Shown: positions 8,977-18,357, counted from the first letter of the stretch. The stretch is 30,429 nucleotides of DNA from an uncultured Alkaliphilus sp. (GCA_964406195.1 CAYOQX010000004.1:1-30429); one strand, 5' to 3'. A program made the numbers and translations. Notes: a model not told the origin generated them from the letters alone.

Positions 8977-9095
8977 AGTTCCTTTGCGGGTCAAATTATA
9001 CTGCTCGTCTCAGGATGGCAAAACCGAGGGTGTCCTATTGCCCGTATTAGGATGATAGAACCGAAGGTGTCATTCTGAACGCAAGAGAAGAATCT
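8977..9095. repeat. REP-like cluster (long unit reversed, duplicated linker, short unit)
   Basis: 8977-9019 resembles the reverse complement of 14619-14664. The segment CGT..CAGGATG.CA.AACCGA.GGTGTC occurs twice (about 9005-9034 and 9043-9071), followed by ATTCTGAACGCAAGAGAAGAATCT. Confidence 0.85.
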
Positions 9096-9110
9096 CAAAA
9101 AGCTTAAAAC

Positions 9111-9141
9111 GTAGGGGCAGATGACTCTGTCTGCTTTTTTT
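9111..9141 (+). repeat. GTAG-tagged short palindrome or terminator-like hairpin
   Basis: GTAG-GGGCAGA-TGACTCTG-TCTGC followed by T7; resembles GTAG-type REPs. Confidence 0.5.
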
Positions 9142-9169
9142 AAAATATAAAAATTAAATATTTGTAATA

Positions 9170-9198
9170 TTGCATTAGGATATAAAATATAATATACT
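9170..9198 (+). promoter_or_regulatory. sigmaA-type promoter for MFP2-RND2-tetR
   Basis: TTGCAT (9170-9175), 17 nt, TATACT (9193-9198). Confidence 0.6.
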
Positions 9199-9207
9199 TA
9201 GTATTAT

Positions 9208-9227
9208 TACCGACTGACGGGTCGGTA
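9208..9227. promoter_or_regulatory. Candidate TetR operator
   Basis: TACCGAC-TGACGG-GTCGGTA: perfect 7-bp inverted repeat just downstream of the -10 of an operon that ends in tetR. Confidence 0.7.
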
Positions 9228-9315
9228 CATGCAGCTCAAGGCAGTATGTAAAAACCAAACCCAGGAAAAAAATTCAAATAGGACTTTAAAATTATAACCA
9301 ATTGAGGGGGATAAC

Positions 9316-10542
9316 ATGAATAAAAGATTAAAAATTATTATATTACTAGTTATAGTTTTGGCGGTGATAACGGGGCTAACACTATATTTTAGGAATTCTG
9401 CTACAACTGATCAGGCTCAAGAAGGTGGAAAATATACACCGGTAGAGGTAGATGAGGTCACCTCCGGGACTATTGAGAACAAGATCAAGATTAATGGTAA
9501 AGTAATTGCAAATGAGGAAATAGCGGTTATACCTAAAGCGATGGGTATAGTTACAAAGGTTAATGTTGAACTGGGAGATTTTGTTGAAAAGGGCAGTACC
9601 CTATTTATAATAGAACAAGATGATATTGGAAAAAGCGTTGAACAGGCAGCCAATGCTGTGCAGATGGCGGGCAACGGGGTAGCACAAGCCGAAAATGGTC
9701 TGCAGACCGCAAAACTCAATTATGAATTGAATAAAGAAAAAATGGAAAATGCTCAATTAAATCTGAAAAGGATTGAGGAATTATACAAAGAGGGAGCTGT
9801 GTCCAAGAGTGAATTGGAACAGGCACAGTTAGCAGCCAGCGAAAAAAATCTGGAAATATTGGCGAGTCAAGTCAATCAGGCGGAAGTCGCATACAATCAA
9901 GCTCTGAGCCAACTGAGGCAGGCAGAGATTGCACATGAGCAGGCACTGCTCGGATTTGATAATACAGTAGTTGAGGCCCCCATGAGCGGATTTGTATCCA
10001 CATTAAATGTTAAAGAAGGCCAGATTGCAACCAACAGTCAGCCTGCAGCTACAATTGTAGAGATGGATAAAGTGTGTATTCAGATCAATGTCGTTGAAAA
10101 TATAGTCAATAGATTGCAAATGGGGCAGGAAGTAGAGATCAACGTTCCCGCAGCCTTCGATGAATATGTCACAAGTACTATCAGTTACATTAGTCCAACG
10201 GCGGATGCAAGAACACAACTTTATATTGTAAAGATCTACATGGACAATTCTGACAAAAATATCAAGCCGGGTATGAATGGGGAAATAAAACTGAGCGTGG
10301 ATACTGTGGATTCTACAATTGTTATCAAGGGAAATGCTGTTTTGGACAAAGAGGACAAAAAAATAGTTTTTGTGGTAGAAAACGATACAGCTGTGGAAAA
10401 GGAGGTAACTACAGGCTTAGATACAGGGGATCATATAGAGATCAAAACAGGTCTCGAAAAAGGTGAACTTGTTATTGTAGAGGGACAGCATTATGTAGAA
10501 GATGGTGGAAAAGTGAAGGTAATAAGGGGTGATCAGCGTTGA
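9316..10542 (+). CDS. RND efflux periplasmic adaptor (MFP), N-terminal TM anchor
   Basis: GIVTKVNVELGDFVEKG, long alpha-hairpin, VEAPMSGFV, IKPGMNG; stop overlaps the permease TTG start. Confidence 0.93.
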   Translation: MNKRLKIIILLVIVLAVITGLTLYFRNSATTDQAQEGGKYTPVEVDEVTSGTIENKIKINGKVIANEEIAVIPKAMGIVTKVNVELGDFVEKGSTLFIIEQDDIGKSVEQAANAVQMAGNGVAQAENGLQTAKLNYELNKEKMENAQLNLKRIEELYKEGAVSKSELEQAQLAASEKNLEILASQVNQAEVAYNQALSQLRQAEIAHEQALLGFDNTVVEAPMSGFVSTLNVKEGQIATNSQPAATIVEMDKVCIQINVVENIVNRLQMGQEVEINVPAAFDEYVTSTISYISPTADARTQLYIVKIYMDNSDKNIKPGMNGEIKLSVDTVDSTIVIKGNAVLDKEDKKIVFVVENDTAVEKEVTTGLDTGDHIEIKTGLEKGELVIVEGQHYVEDGGKVKVIRGDQR

Positions 10543-13500
10543 ATCTATCGAGTTTAGCTGTAAAGAGACCTGTTACAATAACTATGATAGTTTTGGTTGT
10601 TGTTTTGCTGGGGGCAATCTCTTTAAACAGATTGCCTATCGATCTGTTTCCGGAGATAGAATTACCTATAGCTGTTGTATCTACTTCCTATACCGAGGCA
10701 GGACCTCAAGAGGTAGAAAATTTGATTACAAAGCGAATAGAGGGGGTCATTGCCACTGTGGGAAATATTGACTCCATAGATTCTATCACATCCCAGGGCA
10801 ATTCAATTGTAGTAGCCCAGTTTAATGAAGGAACAGATATGGATTTTGCGGCATTGGAAATGAGAGAAAAAATAGATTTAATAAAAGGTTTTTTACCGGA
10901 GGACGCATCAGAGCCGATTGTATTAAAAATCGACCCAAATATTATGCCAATACTACAGATATCTTTATCTACTAGTGGGGACTTGGCAGAGCTGCAGTCT
11001 TTGGCGGAGGATACCCTCAGCCAGAGGTTAGAAAGATTGGAAGGTGTTGCCTCCGTTAGTGTAGGCGGGAAATTTATAAACGAAATTCAGATAGAGGTAG
11101 AACAGAACAGTTTGGCTAGCTACGGTCTGAATATAAATCAATTGGCACAGATTATAGGCAGCAGCAATATGAACCTATCAGGTGGAACTGTAAGCAAAGG
11201 GGTCCAAAAATTATCTGTGCGGGTTGTGGGTGAATTCAGTACCGTTGATGAGATAAGGGATATGCCTATCACTTTGCCAACCGGTGAGGTTATTAAGCTG
11301 AGTGATATCGCTGCGGTAAAATTGACTAACAAAGATGTCAGTGCTATTTCACGGACCAATGGTAAGGACAGTATAAACATTTCTATACAGAAACAATCCG
11401 GGAAAAACACAGTGCAGGCAGCGGATTTGGTCAACAAGGAGATTGAGGAACTCAGAAAAGATTATCCAAATATAGACATTGATGTAGTGTTAGATAGCTC
11501 GACTATAATCAAGGATTCTATCAACAACTTGACAACAAACGCCGTTATAGGTTCGATACTTGCTGTTGTCATTCTGTATATCTTTTTAAAAAATATAAGA
11601 ACAACACTTGTTATAGGAACATCAATCCCTATATCTCTGATTGCATCGTTTACGCTGTTGTATATCAATAAAATAACATTAAATATGATGACCCTTGGTG
11701 GGTTGGCACTGGCTGTAGGTATGTTGGTGGACAGTGCTATTGTGGTGTTGGAAAATATATATCGCTTTAGATTGGAAGGATACTCTAAACAGGAAGCTGC
11801 TATAAAAGGTGCGTCTGAAGTGGGTATGGCCATCACTGCGTCTACTTTAACTACAATAGCAGTGTTTATTCCTATAGTATTTATAGAGGGAATGATAGGA
11901 ACTGTATTTAAAGATTTTGCTTTGACAGTTACTTTATCCTTAACTGCTTCGCTGTTGGTATCTTTGACATTTATACCCATGTTATCGTCTAAAATTTTAA
12001 CAGTAGATAATGGCGGACAGCATGATGATTGTCACCCTGAGCAGAGCGAACGGGTCTCAAACAATTTAAAATGCAGATTCTTCACTATGTTCAGAATGAC
12101 AAAAAAGACGTCCGGAAAGAAAAAACTAGAGTCTATTTCCAATATCCTTGATGATGTATTTAACAGAGTAGGGGATTTATATAAAAAGTTATTGTCTACA
12201 AGTCTCGAACGCAGAAAGACTGTTGTAATTGTTTCAGTAGTTATATTTGCTTTGAGTATGGCCAGTTTATTTGGTGTGGTTACGGAATTTTTCCCTACTA
12301 TGGATGAAGGGACTATATCTATTGATATAAATATGCCCTTAGGGACAAAAATTGAAAAAGTGGATAAGCTGGCCGGTGTTGTTGAGGAAAAACTGGCAGG
12401 GATTGATGAAATAGATGTGATATTTACCAATGTAGGTGCAGGAAATATTCTGATGGGCGGCAGTTCCGGCAGTGACAAAGGGACCATCTCGGTTAGATTA
12501 GTCAAATTGAGGGACAGAAAGAGAAGTACTGCTGAGGTTGCAGAAGAAATCAGGACCTTAGTGAAGGATATTCCGGGTGCGGAGATTCTGGTAGGGGTGA
12601 CATCAAGTATAGACATGATGGGAGGAGTAAGCACACCTATAAGCGTGAGTGTAAAAGGGGATGACCTGGGAGTATTAGAGGAAATATCTGATGATTTTAA
12701 ACAGATTATTGAATCTGTGGAAGGAACCAGGGAGGTCAAAACCAGTTTAAGTGAAGCGGTACCCGAAATTGAGGTTTTGATAGATAAGGATGTTGCCGCG
12801 ACTTATGGTCTGACGACAGCTCAGATTGCATCTGCTGTTAAAGGCGGGGCAACCGGATCCACGGTGACTAAGTATAAGGAAGAAGGCAAGGAGATAGATG
12901 TAGTAATAAAAGTATCGGGAGATATCACGGACAGCTTGTCTGATTTTGAACAGCTGAGCATAACCGGTCCGACCGGGGTAAATATACCGCTGACACAGGT
13001 GGCAGATTTAATCATAAAAAAGGGACCTATTCAAATAAGCCGAGAACAGCAGGAAAGAGCGGTGACCGTCACCGGTCAGATCGCAGACAGGGACATGAGC
13101 AGTATCACTGCAGATATTGCTAAAAAGTTACAAGAGTATGAGATGCCCAGAGGTTATCACTACAATATAGGCGGGGAACATGAAGATATGGTGGAGGCTT
13201 TTGAACAGCTCTTTTTAGCTCTTGCACTTGCGGTAGTGTTGATATACATGGTAATGGCCGCACAATTTGAATCGTTAATACATCCATTTATCATTATGTT
13301 TACTGTGCCTCTGGCCTTTTCCGGTGGAGTGCTGGCCCTATTTATAACTAGAAGGGCCCTGGGGGTAACATCTCTCATAGGGGTAATTATATTAGCAGGT
13401 ATTGTAGTGAACAATGGTATTGTACTGGTGGACTATATCAATGTATTGCGCAGCGAGGGCAAAGAAAGAACTGAAGCTGTTACTACGGCAGGGACGGTCA

Positions 13501-13733
13501 GATTGAGGCCGATTTTAATGACCACATTGACCACAATTTTAGGGCTTGTGCCGATAGCTCTTGGTATTGGTGAAGGAGCGGAATTGCAGGCACCAATGGC
13601 GACAGTGGTTATAGGTGGATTAACTTTATCTACAATTTTAACCTTAATATTTATTCCGGTACTGTACACAATATTTGATGATATTTCAGATTCCCTCAAG
13701 TCAAAATTTAGGAGAGCATCACAGAGTGCCTAA
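10539..13733 (+). CDS. RND (AcrB/SwrC-like) permease 2
   Basis: 1064 aa; AVKRPVT, LPIDLFPEIELP, GMLVDSAIVVLENI, GIVVNNGIVLVD, RLRPILMTTLTT. Confidence 0.96.
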   Translation: MNLSSLAVKRPVTITMIVLVVVLLGAISLNRLPIDLFPEIELPIAVVSTSYTEAGPQEVENLITKRIEGVIATVGNIDSIDSITSQGNSIVVAQFNEGTDMDFAALEMREKIDLIKGFLPEDASEPIVLKIDPNIMPILQISLSTSGDLAELQSLAEDTLSQRLERLEGVASVSVGGKFINEIQIEVEQNSLASYGLNINQLAQIIGSSNMNLSGGTVSKGVQKLSVRVVGEFSTVDEIRDMPITLPTGEVIKLSDIAAVKLTNKDVSAISRTNGKDSINISIQKQSGKNTVQAADLVNKEIEELRKDYPNIDIDVVLDSSTIIKDSINNLTTNAVIGSILAVVILYIFLKNIRTTLVIGTSIPISLIASFTLLYINKITLNMMTLGGLALAVGMLVDSAIVVLENIYRFRLEGYSKQEAAIKGASEVGMAITASTLTTIAVFIPIVFIEGMIGTVFKDFALTVTLSLTASLLVSLTFIPMLSSKILTVDNGGQHDDCHPEQSERVSNNLKCRFFTMFRMTKKTSGKKKLESISNILDDVFNRVGDLYKKLLSTSLERRKTVVIVSVVIFALSMASLFGVVTEFFPTMDEGTISIDINMPLGTKIEKVDKLAGVVEEKLAGIDEIDVIFTNVGAGNILMGGSSGSDKGTISVRLVKLRDRKRSTAEVAEEIRTLVKDIPGAEILVGVTSSIDMMGGVSTPISVSVKGDDLGVLEEISDDFKQIIESVEGTREVKTSLSEAVPEIEVLIDKDVAATYGLTTAQIASAVKGGATGSTVTKYKEEGKEIDVVIKVSGDITDSLSDFEQLSITGPTGVNIPLTQVADLIIKKGPIQISREQQERAVTVTGQIADRDMSSITADIAKKLQEYEMPRGYHYNIGGEHEDMVEAFEQLFLALALAVVLIYMVMAAQFESLIHPFIIMFTVPLAFSGGVLALFITRRALGVTSLIGVIILAGIVVNNGIVLVDYINVLRSEGKERTEAVTTAGTVRLRPILMTTLTTILGLVPIALGIGEGAELQAPMATVVIGGLTLSTILTLIFIPVLYTIFDDISDSLKSKFRRASQSA
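12029..12102. repeat. REP-like inverted doublet inserted in-frame in RND2
   Basis: TTGTCACCCTGAGCAGAGCGAACGGGTCT, 17 nt, AGATTCTTCACTATGTTCAGAATGACAA. The reverse complement of the right arm (TTGTCATTCTGAACATAGTGAAGAATCT) matches intergenic copies such as 19848-19874. Confidence 0.88.
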
Positions 13734-13756
13734 GAGTATAAAAACGAGGTGAAAAA

Positions 13757-14341
13757 GTGGGGTCATTAAAGGAGCAAAGGAAAATTGAAATTATTGAGGC
13801 TGCAATCAGGGTGTTTGGGGAATATGGTTATCATGAGGGTAAAATGGAAGAAATTGCAGACAAAGCGGGTATTGGAAAGAGCACTATATATGAATACTTT
13901 AGCAGCAAGAAAGAAATATTTCAGAAGATGCTACAGCATGTGTTTGAAACATATATAGAAGAGGTCCAAAAAGCTACTTTAAAGAAGAGCAGTGCGAGGG
14001 ATAAATTCATGGCGCTGTTAAATTATCACTGGAATTTTATTGATCTATATGTCGATACCATAGAGCAAATCTTTTTTCAGTTTAAAAATGTTTCAGATGA
14101 AATCAGTCCGTACATCATACGTGCGCATAAAAGCATGGTCGATTTTCTCTTCGGAATCGTTGCAGGGGGAATAAAGACGGGGGAGATTCGGACTAACATA
14201 GATAAAGAAAAGGCTGCTTTCATAATGTTGAGCATCGTTGCCGGCAGTAATTTTATGAGATGCTCCCCTAAAGATAAAAAATATGATGATATTGATGCTA
14301 TGCATATTATTGATATTTTGTTTGAGGGCTTGAGCGGTTAA
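13757..14341 (+). CDS. TetR/AcrR-family transcriptional regulator
   Basis: IIEAAIRVFGEYGYHEGKMEEIADKAGIGKSTIYEYFSSKKEI N-terminal HTH. Confidence 0.95.
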   Translation: MGSLKEQRKIEIIEAAIRVFGEYGYHEGKMEEIADKAGIGKSTIYEYFSSKKEIFQKMLQHVFETYIEEVQKATLKKSSARDKFMALLNYHWNFIDLYVDTIEQIFFQFKNVSDEISPYIIRAHKSMVDFLFGIVAGGIKTGEIRTNIDKEKAAFIMLSIVAGSNFMRCSPKDKKYDDIDAMHIIDILFEGLSG

Positions 14342-14368
14342 GGATAATAAAAAAATATTTCTCATCCG

Positions 14369-14424
14369 GGGAGATTGCATATATATATACATATATATAT
14401 GCAATCTCCCTATTTGTCTTTTTT
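14369..14424 (+). terminator. Intrinsic terminator-like hairpin with an (AT)n core
   Basis: GGGAGATTGCATATATATAT-AC-ATATATATATGCAATCTCCC (perfect 20-bp arms) followed by TATTTGTCTTTTTT, 27 nt after the tetR stop. Confidence 0.75.
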
Positions 14425-14565
14425 GTAGTAAATTAGCACCGTTTTTTTGCTATAATAGTGGAAATTGCTTGAAATAAAGACACAATTATATAATAATTAT
14501 ATGTAAGAGATTGTACGAGTGATACGCCGGACCGTATAAAAATTGCTATCTTGGAACTGACAGAT

Positions 14566-14591
14566 ACAGGAGCAGACCCATGTGTGTCTCC
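14566..14591 (+). repeat. Degenerate GTAG-type palindrome
   Basis: ACAGGAGCAGACCCATGTGTGTCTCC resembles 9111-9134. Confidence 0.35.
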
Positions 14592-14618
14592 GTGACCCAC
14601 GAAGTATCTTGATTTTAA

Positions 14619-14664
14619 GTCATCCTGAGACGGACAGTATATGTTTGGCCCGCGAAGGATTTCT
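14619..14664 (+). repeat. REP-like long unit
   Basis: GTCATCCTGAGACGGACAGTATATGTTTGGCCCGCGAAGGATTTCT; its reverse complement matches 8977-9019, 19603-19618 plus 19814-19835, and 24574-24596. Confidence 0.85.
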
Positions 14665-14716
14665 TATACAGTCCGGCATATTAGAAATTAAAATAATTAA
14701 TAAGGGGGTTTCAGTT

Positions 14717-14941
14717 ATGAAGTGTGAACATTTGCAAGCCTGTCCATTTTATATTTATAACGACAAAATGGATATAGAAAGTGGTATAGGTAAAATGTAT
14801 AAGAAACGATATTGTTTAGGAAACAAAGAGGAATGTGCACGGTATATAGTTAATAAAGAATTGGGTGCAGAATTTGTTCTTGTGAACCTTTATCCTAACA
14901 TGCACGGAAAAGCAGATGAAATTATTGCTCAAAGCAAATAG
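14717..14941 (+). CDS. Small Cys-rich hypothetical protein (74 aa)
   Basis: RBS AAGGGGGT before ATG 14717; MKCEHLQACPF...KRYCLGNKEECARY. The track start at 14582 reads through repeat DNA and is probably overextended. Confidence 0.8.
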   Translation: MKCEHLQACPFYIYNDKMDIESGIGKMYKKRYCLGNKEECARYIVNKELGAEFVLVNLYPNMHGKADEIIAQSK

Positions 14942-14967
14942 CATTAACATATTATAGGAGGGAAAAA

Positions 14968-16020
14968 TTGAAAAATAAAATATGCAAGAAAATAGTAGTA
15001 GTTATTATTGCTATCCTAATATTTAGTTTGTTCTTAGGCATAATAGCATCAGCAGATGATAATTTTAAAAATTTGAGGGCATGGTTTGGAAACATCAGTA
15101 TTTATAGGAATAACCAACAAGTGCATTTAGTTGGCGATGATAAGCCTTTTATTATTGATGGCAGGACATATGTCCCTTTAAGGGTGATGGCAAATATCTT
15201 CAATAAAGAGGTTGGTTGGAACGGTGCAAATTATAGAATAGATTTAAACGATAAGCCGGGTGATAATTTAATTTATCTGACACAACAGCTAACCGAGGCC
15301 CAGACAAAGGTTCGCAAGCTGGAAACTGAGGTTGCACAGTTAGAAAAAGAATTAGCAGACAGAGATAGATATGGCAAAAGAGGCAACATAAGAGAACTAG
15401 AATCATATTTAAATAGGCAACATGGTACATATAAGAAAATTGAATTTGACATCAATTTATATGAGGGAAAAAAGGACACAATAGAGGTAGATATATATGT
15501 AGATTTAGATTATTATGAATATGAGTGGGATAAACTGTCTAAATCAAATAAAAAAAGCTATCTTCAGGACATTGCAGACGATATATTATATGATTATAAA
15601 AATGCCGATGTGGAAGGTCTAATAATGGACAGTTCCACGAGTAAAAACAAAACATTAGTGTCATTCTATACAAAATCAAATGGTACTGTGGTGGTAGACA
15701 CTGACTATGAATGGGATAGTGGTAAGTATGGCAGTTTATATGATTTAGAAGATGATCTAAATGATTATTATAACAAGCATGAGGGTGTATATTTTGATAT
15801 AGAATTATATGGTGATAAGGATGATATCAGGGTATATGTTGTTGCAGAATATGATGATCTATATTATCTGGGCAAAAAAGAAATAAAAAAATATCTACAA
15901 GAATTGTATGATGAGATAATATGGGCATTTCCAAAAGCATATGTAGACGGATACATAGAAGATGATTATACAGAATATTACTTTTCTTTTGATAAATGGG
16001 GAGATGTATATTTAGACTAA
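14968..16020 (+). CDS. Secreted copper-amine-oxidase N-terminal (stalk) domain protein with a coiled coil and two acidic repeats
   Basis: Signal peptide; PFIIDGRTYVPLRVMANIFNKEVGWNG stalk motif; coiled coil LTEAQTKVRKLETEVAQLEKEL; two similar Tyr/Asp-rich C-terminal domains. Confidence 0.85.
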   Translation: MKNKICKKIVVVIIAILIFSLFLGIIASADDNFKNLRAWFGNISIYRNNQQVHLVGDDKPFIIDGRTYVPLRVMANIFNKEVGWNGANYRIDLNDKPGDNLIYLTQQLTEAQTKVRKLETEVAQLEKELADRDRYGKRGNIRELESYLNRQHGTYKKIEFDINLYEGKKDTIEVDIYVDLDYYEYEWDKLSKSNKKSYLQDIADDILYDYKNADVEGLIMDSSTSKNKTLVSFYTKSNGTVVVDTDYEWDSGKYGSLYDLEDDLNDYYNKHEGVYFDIELYGDKDDIRVYVVAEYDDLYYLGKKEIKKYLQELYDEIIWAFPKAYVDGYIEDDYTEYYFSFDKWGDVYLD

Positions 16021-16178
16021 AGGTGACATAGAGATGTCAGGCTGTGTGAAAATTGTCACTCTTACTATAAAAACAAAAAGGATCTTTGAAGGTTTGAGGG
16101 GTTCAGAAATCTTTGAAGGTCTTTTAATTTTCAACAAACAATTTAATGTTACGAGTATATTACAATTGATATGTTGTG

Positions 16179-16206
16179 TAAAGTGGATAATGATTTTTGC
16201 CGATAT
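16179..16206 (+). promoter_or_regulatory. sigma28/SigD-type promoter
   Basis: TAAA (16179-82), 16 nt, GCCGATAT (16199-16206); matches the SigD consensus TAAA-N14-16-GCCGATAT. Confidence 0.7.
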
Positions 16207-16346
16207 ATCACTATGAAGGAGTGTCCTTAAAAACCTAATACAGCTACAATAAAACAAGTGTTTTTATCCCGGTACATATTAGGATAAATAACGTTAACGA
16301 ATGATTTTTTAAGATCGACTCCAATCTATCCCGGGAGGAACATACC

Positions 16347-18357
16347 ATGATTATAAAAATGGGCAGAAAAGGGAGCATAATGGGTCTAACAATAACATTT
16401 TCTATTATTTATTTTCAATATATTTATAGCGCTTCCCGAATTTAGTTTTGGGCAATCAGGCAATTTTGTAAATTTAGATATAAAGGCAGTTTCGGACAAG
16501 GGCGAAATACCAAAAGGTGCAAAAGGTGTAGACTATAATTTGAGCTATATAAAATTAGTCTTCGATAAGAATTTTAGATTATCCGGTCCGGACAGAATAA
16601 ATGGTATTGCAATTATTCAAAACGGCAGACCGTTGGAATTGAACAATTATGAAAACTATAAATTTGGAATGAGTGATGCGGGCGGAGCCATAACCCTCAC
16701 ATTAAGGGACGGACCGCCATATGGAACCCATATGCATCCGTTGAGGTTGAGGACACATACCCTTATTTTATAACAAGGGGAGAGGGCGAGTTTCCTGTAC
16801 CGATAGCCTACTCTTCAGATATTAATGCAACTGATGATATACGGTATTTAGATCATGACAACAAAGAGATGATATTATCGGGGGATAGAATCACAAATTT
16901 AAGTTCGGGCGGAAGTGTTTTTATATATTTTGACAGGCCTATAAGAGCGGATAAACAAGTTGTAAGGCTATCTTTGTTGGATGCAACAAGACTGTATAAG
17001 TTGCCTAAGGCATATGTTACAAAATATGATAGTGTCGGTATTATTTATGATGAAAAAATGATCTATAACCTCCATGATTTTGGAAATAAAGGCAAAAAGA
17101 TATTTCCAAATGATAAAAGGCTCAGTAACAAAGACATGAACAACATTATATCCAATATCAAAAATGATAAAAATCCTTATGAGGTCGATAAGTTTAAAAT
17201 ATTGGAAGATTTAAACCGTTTGGATTCCGGCAAGGAACCTCTATTTATGGAGGAAATTCCTGTGGGCAGTGTAGAGATAGTAAACGGGAACATATTGAGG
17301 GTGACACCTCGATATGGATTTGAAGAATTAAATAAATACGGGCTGTGGGTAGACAAAAGGGTAATTGAGGATCTCAATAGATTCAATATGGAACATAATT
17401 TAAAATTAACTTTTTGGACTCGAGCGGATAACCAAAATACAGTTGCAAATTGGTTGGATCCTAATGATACCGGGGCAGGCGGTATATACGAAAACATTCA
17501 GGCATCATATAAGCAGTATACATTATTCGGGGCACCTCAGTACGGGCCTCAAAAACCTATGGTGTTAGATCCGGATAGGGAGGTAATACCAAACCCTATG
17601 CAGGCAGTTATAGAATAGTGCTTTACTTTAATAATCCATACGGAACATGGAGCGGAAGACAGTTAGAAAGAATAGAGACCGGATTGATATTTAATTTAAT
17701 ATCTAAAGGACATCCAAGAATCTTAGATAAGAGGCCGGCAGGTTATGCTGATATTTATTATAATGGAAACATTCCAACCTTTGCAATCAGTCTCAGGAAC
17801 ATAAACGGAATAGAAAAATATTTTTTTAGGGTAATTTTTGAGGATATAGACGGGAAACTGCAATTTAATACCTCGTCCGGGCTGACAAATTTGTTAAACA
17901 GCAAGATAATAGATGCCGGTTTTGGAGATAACTTTTTGGATACGGGCTTTATTTCGCAGGTAATGTCAAATATTTCTATGATAGGAGAATATATTTTCAT
18001 TAAAGACAGGCTGCTGAAAGAGGCTTATTTATATATTCCAGTAGAATATCTATATGCTAATGAGACATATATGGAGTCCTAAGCGTAGTGCTAAGATCAA
18101 GAAGTAGGGTACCAACGGAGGATAATAGAACCGGAATTATAACTCCCTATGGAACAGTTATTGGTAGGGGCCTAAGAAGGTTGGAAGCTATAAGACTGGA
18201 TTACAAGGAACCAGTCAAAGAAGAAACCTTGAGAAGACAATTGATGCAGTATATTTTAAGATCTCCAATTGTGCAGGTTGATGGCAGCGGCTATGGTACA
18301 TATATTTTAGAAATTCCGTATACAGGAACCCTTCTGAGGACTTTTATTTTTTGGTGA
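16347..18357 (+). pseudogene. Frameshifted, internally deleted paralog of the 19972..24465 surface protein
   Basis: RBS GGGAGG and ATG 16347; frameshift in the signal peptide. Segments in track ORFs 16540, 16869, 17618 and 18088 align in order to separate parts of the 1497-aa protein (41/55 identical in the ILRVTPRY...ANWL block). Confidence 0.9.

Noticed and set aside
8995-9021. Outward promoter carried by the long repeat unit (TTG(T/C)CA...TATAAT on the minus strand; similar at 6753)
   Set aside because: The spacer is 15 nt here and 21 nt at 6726-6758, outside the 16-18 range for sigmaA.
9210-9290. ZTP (pfl) riboswitch suggested by CGACTGACGG
   Set aside because: The downstream CCAC..GGGAG and CGCCTGGGC elements are absent, and the motif is fully explained by the TetR-type palindrome.
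14582-14716. N-terminal extension of the small Cys protein given in the ORF track
   Set aside because: It translates repeat DNA (SHPETDSICLAREG) and has no RBS; ATG 14717 has a good RBS.
14500-14716. c-di-GMP or other riboswitch in the long leader
   Set aside because: No GGCAAA/GNRA-receptor (GEMM) or other recognisable aptamer core; the hairpins are explained by the repeat units.
16012-16257. Track ORFs 16034..16216 (+) and 16012..16257 (-)
   Set aside because: No recognisable motifs; they overlap the promoter module and intergenic repeats and are probably spurious.
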